The notes beneath the pieces are model-generated. The model saw only the letters and a list, made by a program, of their open reading frames with translations. It searched no databases and was not told where the DNA came from. The position numbers were made by a program, and so were the translations under genes. This document shows positions 28,646-39,371 of a stretch of 64,000 nt of DNA, piece by piece. Origin of the DNA: an uncultured Methanomicrobiales archaeon (GTDB lineage: Archaea > Halobacteriota > Methanomicrobia > Methanomicrobiales > Methanospirillaceae). The stretch is taken from assembly GCA_963697895.1 (NCBI GenBank), contig OY969100.1, forward strand, positions 1,568,001 to 1,632,000. Direction: 5' to 3'. Within the stretch, counting starts at the first letter, position 1. Each line of letters starts with the position of its first letter.

Positions 28646-29896
28646 TCCATCCCCAGGAGGTTCTGGATAAAGAGCTCCTCGATGCCGATCTCCTGTTCGA
28701 GGAAATCCCTGATCTCCATCTTATCCCTGGGTCTGGAGAGGCTCGGAAAACCCTTCACGATCCCGTGAGATCAATATGATGTCTTCCAGATCGACATGCT
28801 TGACCATCTCCGGGTTGTGCGTGGTTATCACCACCTGTTTGTGGCGGGAGGCATCTTTCAGCATTGCGACCAGCTTGGAGATGAGGTAGGGGTGAATATT
28901 CCGCTCCGGTTCCTCGATGATGGTAACCGGCCGGTCTTCAAAATAGAGTGCGACGATCAATGCCGCGACATTGAGGGTACCATCCGAGATCATAGATCCG
29001 GGGATATAACGTTCCTTATTGTACACTTCCTTCATCTTGAGGAAGAGGGACATGTCCATGAACTTCTCGACGGCGATGTCATCGATAAAGGGTAACATAT
29101 CCTTGATCAGGTTGAGGAACATCCGCTTTCTCTGTTCGTCCTCGGATATGCTTTTGATAACGATTGCAAGATTGCTCCCGTCCTTCTCCAATTCTGTTTT
29201 CCCGATCATCGGCACCGCCTTCTTCAGGAGGCGGGGATCGAAATCATAGACCTTTATCCCGCGGACGATCCACTCAAGAGGAGGGATGCCGGGTATGGGG
29301 ACGGGGATATTCATAATGATCCGGTTCATGGATAGTTCCCGTCTCTGGAGAAGATGGGGGAAAAGGTCCTGGTCCCGAAGGCTATACCCTTCGGGGAGAG
29401 AAAGACGATATCTGACTTCTCCTCCGATCTGGGTGAGATTGATATCCCCCCGGCCGATCAGGATAAGTCCATCGCCCTCTGCCTGGAAGAACTCGCCTCT
29501 GACGGTAAGACAGTCACTGGCAATCTCATATGAATCCCCTCCTTCGGTAAAGCGCAGGGAAAATTCATATCGTATCTCCGCTGATTCGAAATACACCGGT
29601 ACCCGATCGCGAGCTCCGATCACGTCCTGTTTCCGCTCATCAAGCACATAAACAAAGCGAAAAGAGAAGTTTTCCGAGGGACCGATGATGGTATTTCTGA
29701 GATATTCCACACCACCCTGAAGAGATATTGCATTATTCAACCCATATTTCGCGATATCCCGTAAAAATTTAAAGATCTGAATAAAATTAGACTTACCCGA
29801 TGCGTTTGAACCGATGATGAGGGTAAAGTTATCCAGATCCAGCTCCAGGTGCCGGAAGCTCTTAAAGTTTGATACCGCGATCGATCGGATCGGCAT
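28642..29896 (-). CDS. ABC-type (AAA_21/OLD-like) ATPase; +1 frameshift near 28745
   Basis: NFKSF, Walker A GSNASGKS, signature SDGT, Walker B IIEEPE, TTH. The tail SRPRDK...EELFIQNLLGME is in the next frame and stops in an ATGA overlap with the TOPRIM gene. Confidence 0.85.
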
Positions 29897-29988
29897 GCAC
29901 TACACTCTCTGTACCTGAACATAAGGGCTTCGTTCACTCTCCTGCAGGCACCGGCATGATAACCGGGTTCCGGGTTTTCGAATCAGTT

Positions 29989-31467
29989 TTACAGCCATGA
30001 CGGCCAGGGTAAACCGAGAGAAAGCGTGAACTCCTTCAGCTCATCATGGATGCCTGCATCCCATTTCAGGATAAGAAGCAGGTAGATTGCCGCGCCAAGG
30101 AGCACTGCGGCCAGGAGGATGAGGAACTGAGAGAACGGGATGAATACGCGGAATAGTTCGAGTACGATACCCATGATGATCGATGCAAGGACAATACGGA
30201 TGACAGGCATTTTTTCGAGGTTAATGGAGACGTGATGTCGGGCGAACCAGTGCGCAAGGAGGGCATTAATCCCCATGGAGACCAGCAGAGCGAGTGCGGC
30301 GCCGGAAATTCCGATGAGGGGAATCAGTATGATATCGAGGATCACCAGCGTGACGGCCGCGGCCGCCGCACTCCTGAACGCCTCACGGGGATGATTGAGG
30401 GCGTTCAGGGTCATTGTCTCCAGGGTGACGAAGACCATGACGATCTGGGCAGCGAGGAGGAGGATCAATGCCATGGTAGCGGACGAAAATGCTGCTCCAT
30501 ACAGGAAATAGAGGATGGGTTCAGCGAGGAGCCCTCCCCCCACCAGTACAGGGACCGCCAGAAAGAACGAATAGGTAAATGCCCGTGAAATAGAAGTTTC
30601 CACAGACAGGATGTCGCCTTCCCGGTTCCAACGGCTGATCTTTGGATAGAGGGTCAATCGCATCGAGACGGCAATAAAGGCTGCAATGGCAGAAAACTGG
30701 ACAGCGACCCGATAGAGTCCGACCTCGGTCGTATTGAGATAGTATCCGACCAGGATGGTGTCCGCGTATCCAACGACGACACCGGTTGCTCCGGCAAGAA
30801 ATGCCCAGAGTGCATAGGAAAGCAGGCTCCGTATATGAGTTTTATGAAACCGGGCAAGGTGCAAAGCGAGGAATCGGATATTGACCAGGGCCCCTGCGAT
30901 CATGCCGGCAATAAATCCCCCGATAAGCCCGTCCACAGAAAATCCGAGATATACGGCGCCGATCTGGATGACCACTTTGACTATGGTGTTGATAAGATCC
31001 GCGATCTGGGATATACCCACTTTTCCACTTCCGTATACTCCTGTCGTGAACGTTGCACCGATCGTCCCCACGATAAGCGCGATCAGGAGCCAGCTGATCA
31101 ATCCGGATACCTGTGGATCTGCGATGATATACCCGATAAAAAGAACAATAAACAGCGTGACGGTCAGGAAAAGGGCACGGACCGCAATATGAGCAGTGAA
31201 ATATTCGTTCTCGTCATGTCCCTCACTGATCCGCTGAATGGCAGCTCCCCCGACTCCTCCATCTGCAATCAGATTGAAGATATTCCAGTACGCGAAAAAG
31301 AGGAAAAATGCCCCCAAGGGTGCAGCTCCGATCGTGTGAGCGATATAAAACGTCGCAAGATACCCGATCGCGGTCACCCCGATATTGGAAACGAGCGAGA
31401 TGATGCTGTGCCGCTTTATCGGGCCTACGCCCATCATCTGGCCGAAGAACCGGGAGGGCGAGAACAC
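29989..31467 (-). CDS. Wzx/MOP-family oligosaccharide flippase
   Basis: About 14 TMs; DTILVGYY...VGLYRVA and LYPKIS motifs. Confidence 0.85.
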   Translation of the reverse strand: MFSPSRFFGQMMGVGPIKRHSIISLVSNIGVTAIGYLATFYIAHTIGAAPLGAFFLFFAYWNIFNLIADGGVGGAAIQRISEGHDENEYFTAHIAVRALFLTVTLFIVLFIGYIIADPQVSGLISWLLIALIVGTIGATFTTGVYGSGKVGISQIADLINTIVKVVIQIGAVYLGFSVDGLIGGFIAGMIAGALVNIRFLALHLARFHKTHIRSLLSYALWAFLAGATGVVVGYADTILVGYYLNTTEVGLYRVAVQFSAIAAFIAVSMRLTLYPKISRWNREGDILSVETSISRAFTYSFFLAVPVLVGGGLLAEPILYFLYGAAFSSATMALILLLAAQIVMVFVTLETMTLNALNHPREAFRSAAAAAVTLVILDIILIPLIGISGAALALLVSMGINALLAHWFARHHVSINLEKMPVIRIVLASIIMGIVLELFRVFIPFSQFLILLAAVLLGAAIYLLLILKWDAGIHDELKEFTLSLGLPWPSWL

Positions 31468-31703
31468 ATCGTACTATTCTTATTCGATATGAATAAAATG
31501 TTCGAGCAGCCCTGATCCCGGGTACAATAATATAATCAGTTTCTGTCAATGATCCGTCGATCTGTATTGGTCGAGATACCAGGCATACCCCCTTCCCGCT
31601 CCAGACCTCCCTCTTAGTCTCCAGCCTTCTCTGGTTACGGAGTGATCACAAAGGGGATTTATGCCTTGTGTCCCAACCACTAGTCTGGACGAGGTGAACA
31701 GAT

Positions 31704-32612
31704 CTGGGAGTCGTCATCGAGGCACACGACCTGCAGAAGTCATTTGGAACAATCACCGCGGTGGACCGGATAGCATTTTCGGTACAGGAGGGGGAGGTTT
31801 TTGGGTTCCTCGGACCGAACGGAGCAGGAAAAACCACCACCATGAAGATGATTCAGTGTGCATCCCCTAAATCCGGGGGAATTCTCCGGGTATTTGGCCT
31901 CGATGTAGATGAGCACCCCCGTGAGATCAAACAACAGATGGGGGTCGTTCCGCAGGAAACCAATCTGGATCCGGATTTCACCACGTACGAGAATCTTCTG
32001 ATGTACTCCCGGTATTTTGGTATCCCCGGCCAGGAGGCAGGGGCACGAATCGAAGAGCTCCTCGATTTCGTTCAACTGCAGGAGAAACGGGACGTCCTCA
32101 TCGACAAGCTTTCGGGCGGGATGAAGAGACGCCTTATCCTTGCCCGGTCGCTGATCAACAATCCCCGGCTCCTGATCCTTGACGAACCGACGATTGGTCT
32201 CGATCCTCAGGCGCGGCACATGATATGGGAGAAACTGAAAGTCCTGCAATCGCAGGGGAATACCATCGTGCTTACCACTCATTACATGGAAGAAGCTGCA
32301 CGACTGTGCGATCGGCTGGTCATCATGGATTCAGGCCGGATCCTCATCGAAGGTCCACCGGATCGCCTTGTCCGGGACCATGTCGGGGGTTTCATCATTG
32401 AGACCGAGGAGACCCCGGATGTGCTGGAATGCCTGAACCGGATGGGCGCATCATTTGAGATAACCAATGAATCCGTGCAGATCGTCACCGACGATCCGAG
32501 GGGGCTTACCAGAAGTCTCATCGAGTCCTGCAATCCCGGAAAGATGATTACACGGGCAGCGACGTTGGAAGACGTATTTCTGAAACTCACCGGGAGGGCA
32601 CTCAAAGAATGA
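31704..32612 (+). CDS. ABC-2 exporter ATP-binding subunit (NodI/DrrA-like), apparent CTG start
   Basis: GPNGAGKTT, LSGGMKRR and DEPT motifs. In-frame VIEAHDLQKSFG lies upstream of GTG 31761; GAGGTGA precedes CTG 31704. Confidence 0.88.
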   Translation: MGVVIEAHDLQKSFGTITAVDRIAFSVQEGEVFGFLGPNGAGKTTTMKMIQCASPKSGGILRVFGLDVDEHPREIKQQMGVVPQETNLDPDFTTYENLLMYSRYFGIPGQEAGARIEELLDFVQLQEKRDVLIDKLSGGMKRRLILARSLINNPRLLILDEPTIGLDPQARHMIWEKLKVLQSQGNTIVLTTHYMEEAARLCDRLVIMDSGRILIEGPPDRLVRDHVGGFIIETEETPDVLECLNRMGASFEITNESVQIVTDDPRGLTRSLIESCNPGKMITRAATLEDVFLKLTGRALKE

Positions 32613-33400
32613 CCAGTGAATCCCGTGTTCACCTGACGGGGATATCCCGGAGAGCATGGATCGTATGGTACCGGAACTGGAAGGTGTTTTTCCGGACCTA
32701 CATGGTCAATTTTCTGCCACCCCTGATAGAGCCGATCATTTACCTGCTTGCTTTTGGTTTCGGCGTAGGCTCCTATATCCAGGAGGTTGACGGAGTGTCT
32801 TACGTCCGGTTTATCGCTCCTGCTCTTGTGGCCATTTCCGTTATGTATTCGGCTTTTTTCGAATGCACATACGGAAGTTACGTACGTATGTATTACCAGA
32901 AGACCTTCGACGCGATAATCGCCACGCCCATTAATTTGGAGGAGGTGATCGCAGGCGAACTCCTCTGGGGAGCGACACGGAGTTTCATCTATGGGGCAAT
33001 TATGCTCCTGGTCCTGATCGGTTTCGGGGTTGTGGAACTTCCCGATTCGTTGTTGATCATTCCGTTTTCGTTCCTTGCAGGACTGCTCTTTGCAGCGCTC
33101 GGTATGTGTTTTACTGCGATCACCCCCGGCATTGACGCCCTGAATTATCCATCATTCCTCTTTATCACGCCGATGTTCCTGTTGAGTGGAACATTCTTTC
33201 CCCTCAACCTCCTGCCACCCGCCCTTCAGATCCTCGCGTATGCCATACTCCCGCTTACCCACGTGGTAAATGTGATGCGTTCATTGACCCTATCGATGTA
33301 TTCGCCCCTTGTCTGGTTCAGTCTTGTATGGATCCTGGTCGCGACGGGGATATTTTCCTATATATCCATTTATCTTATGAAAAAAAGGTTGATCGTGTAG
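32609..33400 (+). CDS. ABC-2 exporter permease (NodJ/DrrB-like)
   Basis: Six TMs, SGTFFP and PLTH motifs; ATGA-coupled to the ATPase. Confidence 0.9.
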   Translation: MTSESRVHLTGISRRAWIVWYRNWKVFFRTYMVNFLPPLIEPIIYLLAFGFGVGSYIQEVDGVSYVRFIAPALVAISVMYSAFFECTYGSYVRMYYQKTFDAIIATPINLEEVIAGELLWGATRSFIYGAIMLLVLIGFGVVELPDSLLIIPFSFLAGLLFAALGMCFTAITPGIDALNYPSFLFITPMFLLSGTFFPLNLLPPALQILAYAILPLTHVVNVMRSLTLSMYSPLVWFSLVWILVATGIFSYISIYLMKKRLIV

Positions 33401-33401
33401 G

Positions 33402-33858
33402 TCAGGGCAGGATAAGTCGCATGATACAGCGCGGCTCGTCCTGCCCGAAATAACCATCCAGATTGTCGATTATATGGAATCCATGCTTCTCATAGAGCCT
33501 GATCGCGGGGGTATTTTCAGGAGAAACAGAGAGATAAATACCTTTCACGTGTTGTACCCGGAATATCCCGATTAGATCCATAAGGAGGCGCTCTCCAACC
33601 TTCATTCTCCGGCACGTCTCCCGGACGCCGAGACGGAGAATCCAGGCGTTGACAGGTTTGTCCTGCTCGTGCGCCCCTATCACGAATCCGATTATATCTT
33701 CTCCTCGTTCAGCGACGAGGAACGTTTGCGGGAAGAGGACAGACTGCCTGCCGGATGAATACATGCCCATGGTAACCTCCCGCGACCCGCATTCCGTTCA
33801 ATGAACAGACACTATCATAATCCCCTTCCTTGAAACGCCGCGTCGTTACATCCATCAT
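33402..33858 (-). CDS. GNAT (RimI-like) acetyltransferase; +1 frameshift near 33746
   Basis: C-terminal RRMKVGERL and NTPAIRLYEKHGF. The N-terminus MMDVTTRRFKEGDY...VFIRQA is in another frame; total length is 3n+1. Confidence 0.78.
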
Positions 33859-34051
33859 CAGCTCCCTGGTTAACCCGGTATTTAGGTCTGGGCAAAGGCG
33901 GTTAGCGAAATCTCCAAAGACTGTTCAAGCAACCCTAGCATCCGGATCCTGAAGGTTACCGAAACCAGCATGGATGGATCGTACACTATCAGGGAAAGAG
34001 CCGGGACAGTTATGACCAGCTTATCACCTGTCTCACCAGAGGTAGGGCAGA

Positions 34052-34474
34052 TCAGATCGTCGGACCCTCTTTTCCTATGATTCGGGCAATGTCTGCCATC
34101 TCCCGCGCGAGAAGCCGTATAATGTCATCTATCGTCAACACGGCGATTAGTTTGCCTTTTTCGTCGATGACGGGCATTCTCCGGACCCCGGCCGCTTTCA
34201 TCTGCTGGATAGCTTCGAAAATACCTGCATTTCCGCGAACGGTTATCACGTCACGGGTCATATACGATTCGATACTGAGCCGATCCGTATCTTCGGCGGA
34301 TCCAGCATGTCTGATAACAATGTCGCGGTCCGTAACAATTCCTACCGGGCGATCCTTTTCCGTTACCACTACGCACCCGATGTTCTTCTCTTTCATCAGG
34401 CGGGTAACAAAGGTCACCGTAGTATCGGGTGTGACACTTACCACATTTCTCTGACAACAATCGTAGACAGTCAT
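34052..34474 (-). CDS. CBS-domain pair protein
   Basis: VGIVTDRDI and VRRMPVID motifs. Confidence 0.9.
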   Translation of the reverse strand: MTVYDCCQRNVVSVTPDTTVTFVTRLMKEKNIGCVVVTEKDRPVGIVTDRDIVIRHAGSAEDTDRLSIESYMTRDVITVRGNAGIFEAIQQMKAAGVRRMPVIDEKGKLIAVLTIDDIIRLLAREMADIARIIGKEGPTI

Positions 34475-34678
34475 AAGAATCAATTGCCAATGGTGTGCGA
34501 TTTCTGCTGATTTATAAGTATAGATCCATTCATAGGGACCTTACTCCAAATTGAGCGGGAAGGTTTCCCATTGGTGCGGATAACAAACCATACGGAGATT
34601 TTCCCTCAGTTGAGGGTTCATTCACAATGAATTCGCCTCCGGATACACGGGGAATGGAATTTTCATTCTGATGGCCGA

Positions 34679-35344
34679 TTACAACCAGCCCATCTCTGTC
34701 CAGTACGCGTATTCGTGCATCCAGATATCCTTATTATAGGTGACCAGAGATTTCATCCTCTCCCGTATCACCCGGTGCTCTATCTCCTGGTCGGGATATT
34801 TCTTCTGTTCACGAATTGCCGAAACCATAGTATTACCGAGTTCACGTGCATCTGTTTCTGCCACGATGAATGCTGAGGGATCGGAGCTGAGAATTACTCC
34901 CACACCTCCCACCGTCGTCGCCCCGAGGATACGCATCACGCTGTTCAGGTACGCCACAACTTCATCCGCATGAGAACCTCCGGCTGTCGAGACCGCACAG
35001 GCATATTTTCCCGTAAACTGCTGGCAATGAATTGCATCTGCCATCCTGTCGAGGACCGTTTTGAGCTGGGCAGTCACCGAATTGATATATACGGGTGACC
35101 CGATCACGATTCCATCACTCTCAAGCATTTTCTGAAACAGTCCGCCGAATTCGTCCGCATGTATACATCCACCGGTTGTATAACAGACCCCGCATCCGAT
35201 GCAGTACTGGATATCCAGAAAACAGATATCCACAAATTCCGTCTCAGCTCCCGCCTGCTCCGCTCCGGCCAGCACAGCGTTCACCAGGCGCAGCGTCTGG
35301 CTCAGGGAGCTCCGGGGGCTCCCGCTTATACCGATGATCTTCAT
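34679..35344 (-). CDS. Iron-sulfur flavoprotein (Isf/flavodoxin-like)
   Basis: GSPR, CIGCGVC-x5-C and GSPVY motifs. Confidence 0.88.
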   Translation of the reverse strand: MKIIGISGSPRSSLSQTLRLVNAVLAGAEQAGAETEFVDICFLDIQYCIGCGVCYTTGGCIHADEFGGLFQKMLESDGIVIGSPVYINSVTAQLKTVLDRMADAIHCQQFTGKYACAVSTAGGSHADEVVAYLNSVMRILGATTVGGVGVILSSDPSAFIVAETDARELGNTMVSAIREQKKYPDQEIEHRVIRERMKSLVTYNKDIWMHEYAYWTEMGWL

Positions 35345-35583
35345 CTTCTCTCCGGAAGTCACAATGCCCTACACCCTTATTAATACTGGAGGTATCCAGT
35401 CCTGGATATGAACATCCGATTATTACGGTAGTCTGCCGATTCAATCGAGAACTTTGATCTGTTCTGGAAAGATTAACCAGCTCAGAAGGGTTCCCCTGTT
35501 CTCTCTTAACGTATCCGCTTCCGGATTCTTTTTGTCTCCCGGCAACCTATACCACGAGGTCATTTCAGGTGGCTGGAGCTGGT

Positions 35584-35880
35584 ATGGAAACCTGGTTTCT
35601 TGTCGGTGTAATTGCTGCGATTCTGACGACGTTTGGATTTGTACCGCAGATCGTAAAAATGTATGAAACAAAGTCCGCTCGCGATGTAAGCCTTATCACC
35701 CTGGTCCAATACTCCGCCGGTGTTACCTTATGGGCTCTCTATGGAAGATTCATCGGCGATCCAATCCTCATCGCAGCCAATATCATCTCGCTCGGGATCC
35801 TGATCGTCGCTATCGGACTCTATCTTATTTATCAGCGGAACAGGGCAGATACAACAAAATTCTGCCCACCCAACCTGTAA
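35584..35880 (+). CDS. SemiSWEET/PQ-loop transporter
   Basis: LTTFGFVPQ..K..KSARDVS, WALYG and AN motifs; three TMs. Confidence 0.85.
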   Translation: METWFLVGVIAAILTTFGFVPQIVKMYETKSARDVSLITLVQYSAGVTLWALYGRFIGDPILIAANIISLGILIVAIGLYLIYQRNRADTTKFCPPNL

Positions 35881-36238
35881 ATCGGGAACAATGCCGATCC
35901 ATATTTTTCTCCCACGAGAAAACGAACAGAACCTGTGAGTTACGATCTCCGGTCTCTTTTCTGCAATATTCGTTTTATCCGCCGGGAAGGTCCTCTGAGG
36001 AATGTGTTGTATTTTAATAGGGGTTTACTCCCGGAAATTTCTCCGTATTCTTTTGGCGAAACATAATTGTTTGATGATCCGGAAGAATGGGAAAAACGTA
36101 CCATTAAAAAAAACCGGGTCTCTGTCACTTTTACGATATACAGGATCCTGATTCGATTTCCGGGCGAAAATTTGAAGAAACATATATTAAGCACTGGACC
36201 AATACTGCAATATAAAAACTTTATTGAGGAGAAATGCT

Positions 36239-36787
36239 ATGGCAGAAACGATGACAGCGCAAGGCGCTCAAATGGGACAGCAGCCATGGATTCCATGGTG
36301 GCTGGTTCTTATCCAGGGTATTATCCTGCTTATTCTCGGGGGATATCTTCTAGCGTATCCACTCCAGACCCTGTTTGTTCTCTTGATCTTCCTGGGAGCC
36401 TACTTCTTTGTAGGCGGTATTTTCGCGATTATCAGTGCTGCGGTTACAAAACATGACGTGGGATGGAAGATCCTGCTGGGTATCCTCGGTATCATCTTCG
36501 GTCTCCTGATCCTTACCTACCCGTATTACAGTACGCTACTCATCCTTCCCCTGCTCGCCATCCTGATCGGGGTATGGGCGCTTATCATGGGGTTCATCTG
36601 GTTGTTCAGAGGATTCGGAATGAAAGACTGGGGTTCCGCAATCCTCGGTATCATCGGGATCATCTTCGGGATCATCGTTCTTGCGAACCCCCTGGTCACC
36701 GCTGTCATTCTTCCCTATGTAATCGGCGCTTTCGCAATCATCGGCGGTATCGCGGCGATCATCATTTCATTCACCCTTCGGAAATAA
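36239..36787 (+). CDS. HdeD/DUF308 membrane protein
   Basis: WWLVLIQGI...P pattern in repeated hydrophobic hairpins. Confidence 0.82.
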   Translation: MAETMTAQGAQMGQQPWIPWWLVLIQGIILLILGGYLLAYPLQTLFVLLIFLGAYFFVGGIFAIISAAVTKHDVGWKILLGILGIIFGLLILTYPYYSTLLILPLLAILIGVWALIMGFIWLFRGFGMKDWGSAILGIIGIIFGIIVLANPLVTAVILPYVIGAFAIIGGIAAIIISFTLRK

Positions 36788-36911
36788 TCCCCCATTTATT
36801 TTCTTTGTTTTAAATCCGGTTATATCAGGATTTAATTGATTACTTGAGGTTTTATGCCCCGGGAATGTACCACTCTTTCAGGTATGATCATTCACGGTGA
36901 TCTAAATAGCA

Positions 36912-37601
36912 ATGGAACGATATATATCAGAAGATATGATACCCGAAGTGGCGGGGTTGCTCTCCACCATCGATCAGAATCTGGTTCCGGCGACGCAGGA
37001 GATGGGTGCCTGGATTTACGTCTTCCTATTTTGTGTCATCCTGATCGAAACGGCCGTAATTGTCGTTATTCTTCCGGGCAACTCGCTGCTCTTCGTTTCA
37101 GGGACAGCTGCGGCCACCGGACTGTTAATTTTTCCCTGGCTGTTGATCGTGTTCATCCTCGCGTCCTTCATAGGATACGTCCTCAATTTCCAGTTGGGGA
37201 GATATCTCGGCCTGAATGTCTTTAAAAAACGGTTTCCGGGGCTTTTCAGGGACGAATACATAGCTGAAACAAATCGGTACTTCGAGAACTATGGCGGCAT
37301 GACCATTATCGTTGCACCATTTATACCCATCGTGAGAAAATTTGCACCTTTTATTGCCGGGATCGGTCGTATGGACTATAATAGGTTCATCATCTTCGAT
37401 CTGATGGGTGCCATATGCTGGGCTGGAACCGGCCTCGTCCTCGGGTATCTCCTGGGGGGAGTGCCATGGATCAGGGAGATGATACCCCTCGTTCTCGCCA
37501 TCGTAGTCGTGATCACGATCATCTCGATTATCCTGACGATCATTTTCCTCATTCGTGGAAGAAGGATCTCTCAACCGGGGAACGAAGCAGATTTGCACTA
37601 A
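36912..37601 (+). CDS. DedA/VTT membrane protein
   Basis: LPGNSLLF, YG...FIPIVRKFAPFIAG motifs. Confidence 0.88.
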   Translation: MERYISEDMIPEVAGLLSTIDQNLVPATQEMGAWIYVFLFCVILIETAVIVVILPGNSLLFVSGTAAATGLLIFPWLLIVFILASFIGYVLNFQLGRYLGLNVFKKRFPGLFRDEYIAETNRYFENYGGMTIIVAPFIPIVRKFAPFIAGIGRMDYNRFIIFDLMGAICWAGTGLVLGYLLGGVPWIREMIPLVLAIVVVITIISIILTIIFLIRGRRISQPGNEADLH

Positions 37602-37847
37602 GACGCTCATGGTACCATCACATCACGGGGAGGAACACCTGTGGTGGTCAGAGCGGGCTCAGACCCATATATACCTGAAATTATGGGTGATCCGCAATAA
37701 AATTCTTCTTACAAAGATCATCGGGATTCCTCATGTTGTCACCATTTCTCGCAAATGAGATCTCTCTTGTCAAAAAAATATAGTTCCTGCCACCCGATGG
37801 GAAAACCAATGTTTTTACTTTGTACTCTCCTATAGACTAGTGAGAGA

Positions 37848-38063
37848 ATGAAATCCTTGAAGATCATTATAGAGCGACATCCCGATGGATACGTCGCCTA
37901 TCCTCTCGGGCTCCGGGGCGTGGTGCTCGGACAGGGGAGCAGCTACGAGGAAGCCTGTGAAGATGTAAAATCTGCCATTCAATTTTATCATGAAACCTTT
38001 GGCGACGATGCATTTGATAATGATGATGTCCTTGAAGTGTTTACCACGGAGGTAACACCTTAA
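37848..38063 (+). CDS. Short HicB-like antitoxin
   Basis: GYVAYP...GQGSSYEEA...AI partial RNase H fold; no DNA-binding domain. Confidence 0.8.
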   Translation: MKSLKIIIERHPDGYVAYPLGLRGVVLGQGSSYEEACEDVKSAIQFYHETFGDDAFDNDDVLEVFTTEVTP

Positions 38064-38303
38064 ATGGATTTCCCTGCCGAAGCGCCGATGGATCGCGTGA
38101 TATCAACCCTTGAAAATCTTCGGTTTCAGGTGGTAAAATCCGGATCGTACCTTTCGCTCCAGAGAATAAAGACCGATGGTACACGGAATCTGATTACTAT
38201 TCCGAACAGGCATTCTCTCAGTGGTTCAACACTCCGGGTTCTCTGTTCGCAAACGGGTGTTCCTATCAAGGTGTTTCTGGAACTTTACCGGTTCTCCGGA
38301 TAA
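38064..38303 (+). CDS. HicA-like toxin, catalytic His apparently absent
   Basis: 79-aa dsRBD-like protein abutting hicB; GSY instead of GSH/GNH; TIPN...GSTLR. Confidence 0.68.
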   Translation: MDFPAEAPMDRVISTLENLRFQVVKSGSYLSLQRIKTDGTRNLITIPNRHSLSGSTLRVLCSQTGVPIKVFLELYRFSG

Positions 38304-38596
38304 AAAACCGGTCAAATCCATCTGTTTAGAGTCAGGGTTTTTTTAATTAGTATCATCACCACAATTATATTCAGATATACCCATGAAAGACAGGAGAGAG
38401 CATCCAATTCAAATATGAGATGTCAGTTGGTACAAGTATATTTCGGTCCTCCAAAAATGCCCGTTTTTACCGCCGGTTAGCCAAAATGGTATCAGAAACT
38501 CTGGATACTGTTCTTCTCCATTGTTGGGGGATGGACGTAATTTTTTATCAAGTGGGGGTAATTATTTATATACTTTCTCATCGATATCCTGCTTAT

Positions 38597-39235
38597 ATGA
38601 TGGAATCATTTATGGATGAATTAAAGGGATTCCTTATGAAGCCGGGCGAGGCTTTCAAACAGACGAAAGGAAAAACCCTTGGTGCTGCGTTCCAGTACTA
38701 CGTCGTTCTCCTGATCATATTCGGCATCCTCTTCACAATCGTCGCGGTATCATTAGGAATTGCTCAATTCAGTGCTGTCGTGAACCAGCTTGCGACCATC
38801 CCATGGATAGGCGGAGTTCTTTCCGGCGGGCTCGCACATTTCAGCGCGTTTGTCGTCGCCTGGGAGCTCTTCGCTTCATTTGCGCTCTTCCTTATGCTCT
38901 TATTCGGGATCTTCCTGCAAGGACTTTGGTATCATGTTTTTGTGCTCCTCTTTGGCGGGGAAAAAGGCGTGGTCCAGACGTTGAAAACGACCATGTATGC
39001 GGCAACACCCGCCCTGCTACTCGGCTGGATCCCGTATATCTGGATAATTGGTTTAATATGGGCTTTGGTTCTCTTCATCATCGGGATTGCCGAGAACCAG
39101 GAGATCTCGGTCGGAAAGGCAGTCGCAGTTATTATCGTTCCGATCATCCTCTGGTTGATCCTGATAGGCCTGGGAGCCGCGGTAATTATCTCCTTCATCG
39201 GCGCAATTGGCGGTCTCATCCCAAGGCCGTTCTGA
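38597..39235 (+). CDS. Yip1-family membrane protein
   Basis: KP..AF start, LFGG.KG...T...YA.TP..LGWIP motifs. Confidence 0.85.
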   Translation: MMESFMDELKGFLMKPGEAFKQTKGKTLGAAFQYYVVLLIIFGILFTIVAVSLGIAQFSAVVNQLATIPWIGGVLSGGLAHFSAFVVAWELFASFALFLMLLFGIFLQGLWYHVFVLLFGGEKGVVQTLKTTMYAATPALLLGWIPYIWIIGLIWALVLFIIGIAENQEISVGKAVAVIIVPIILWLILIGLGAAVIISFIGAIGGLIPRPF

Positions 39236-39371
39236 TGGGGCGGAAATATCGCTCTATCTTCTTTTCTGGACCGGATAAATCTCCTGGATTCATCCTGGGT
39301 CTTTTACACGGCTTTATGTTTTTAGAAAGAGAGCATAAAAAGATTCCATATTTCTCTCATTCACGGGTATA

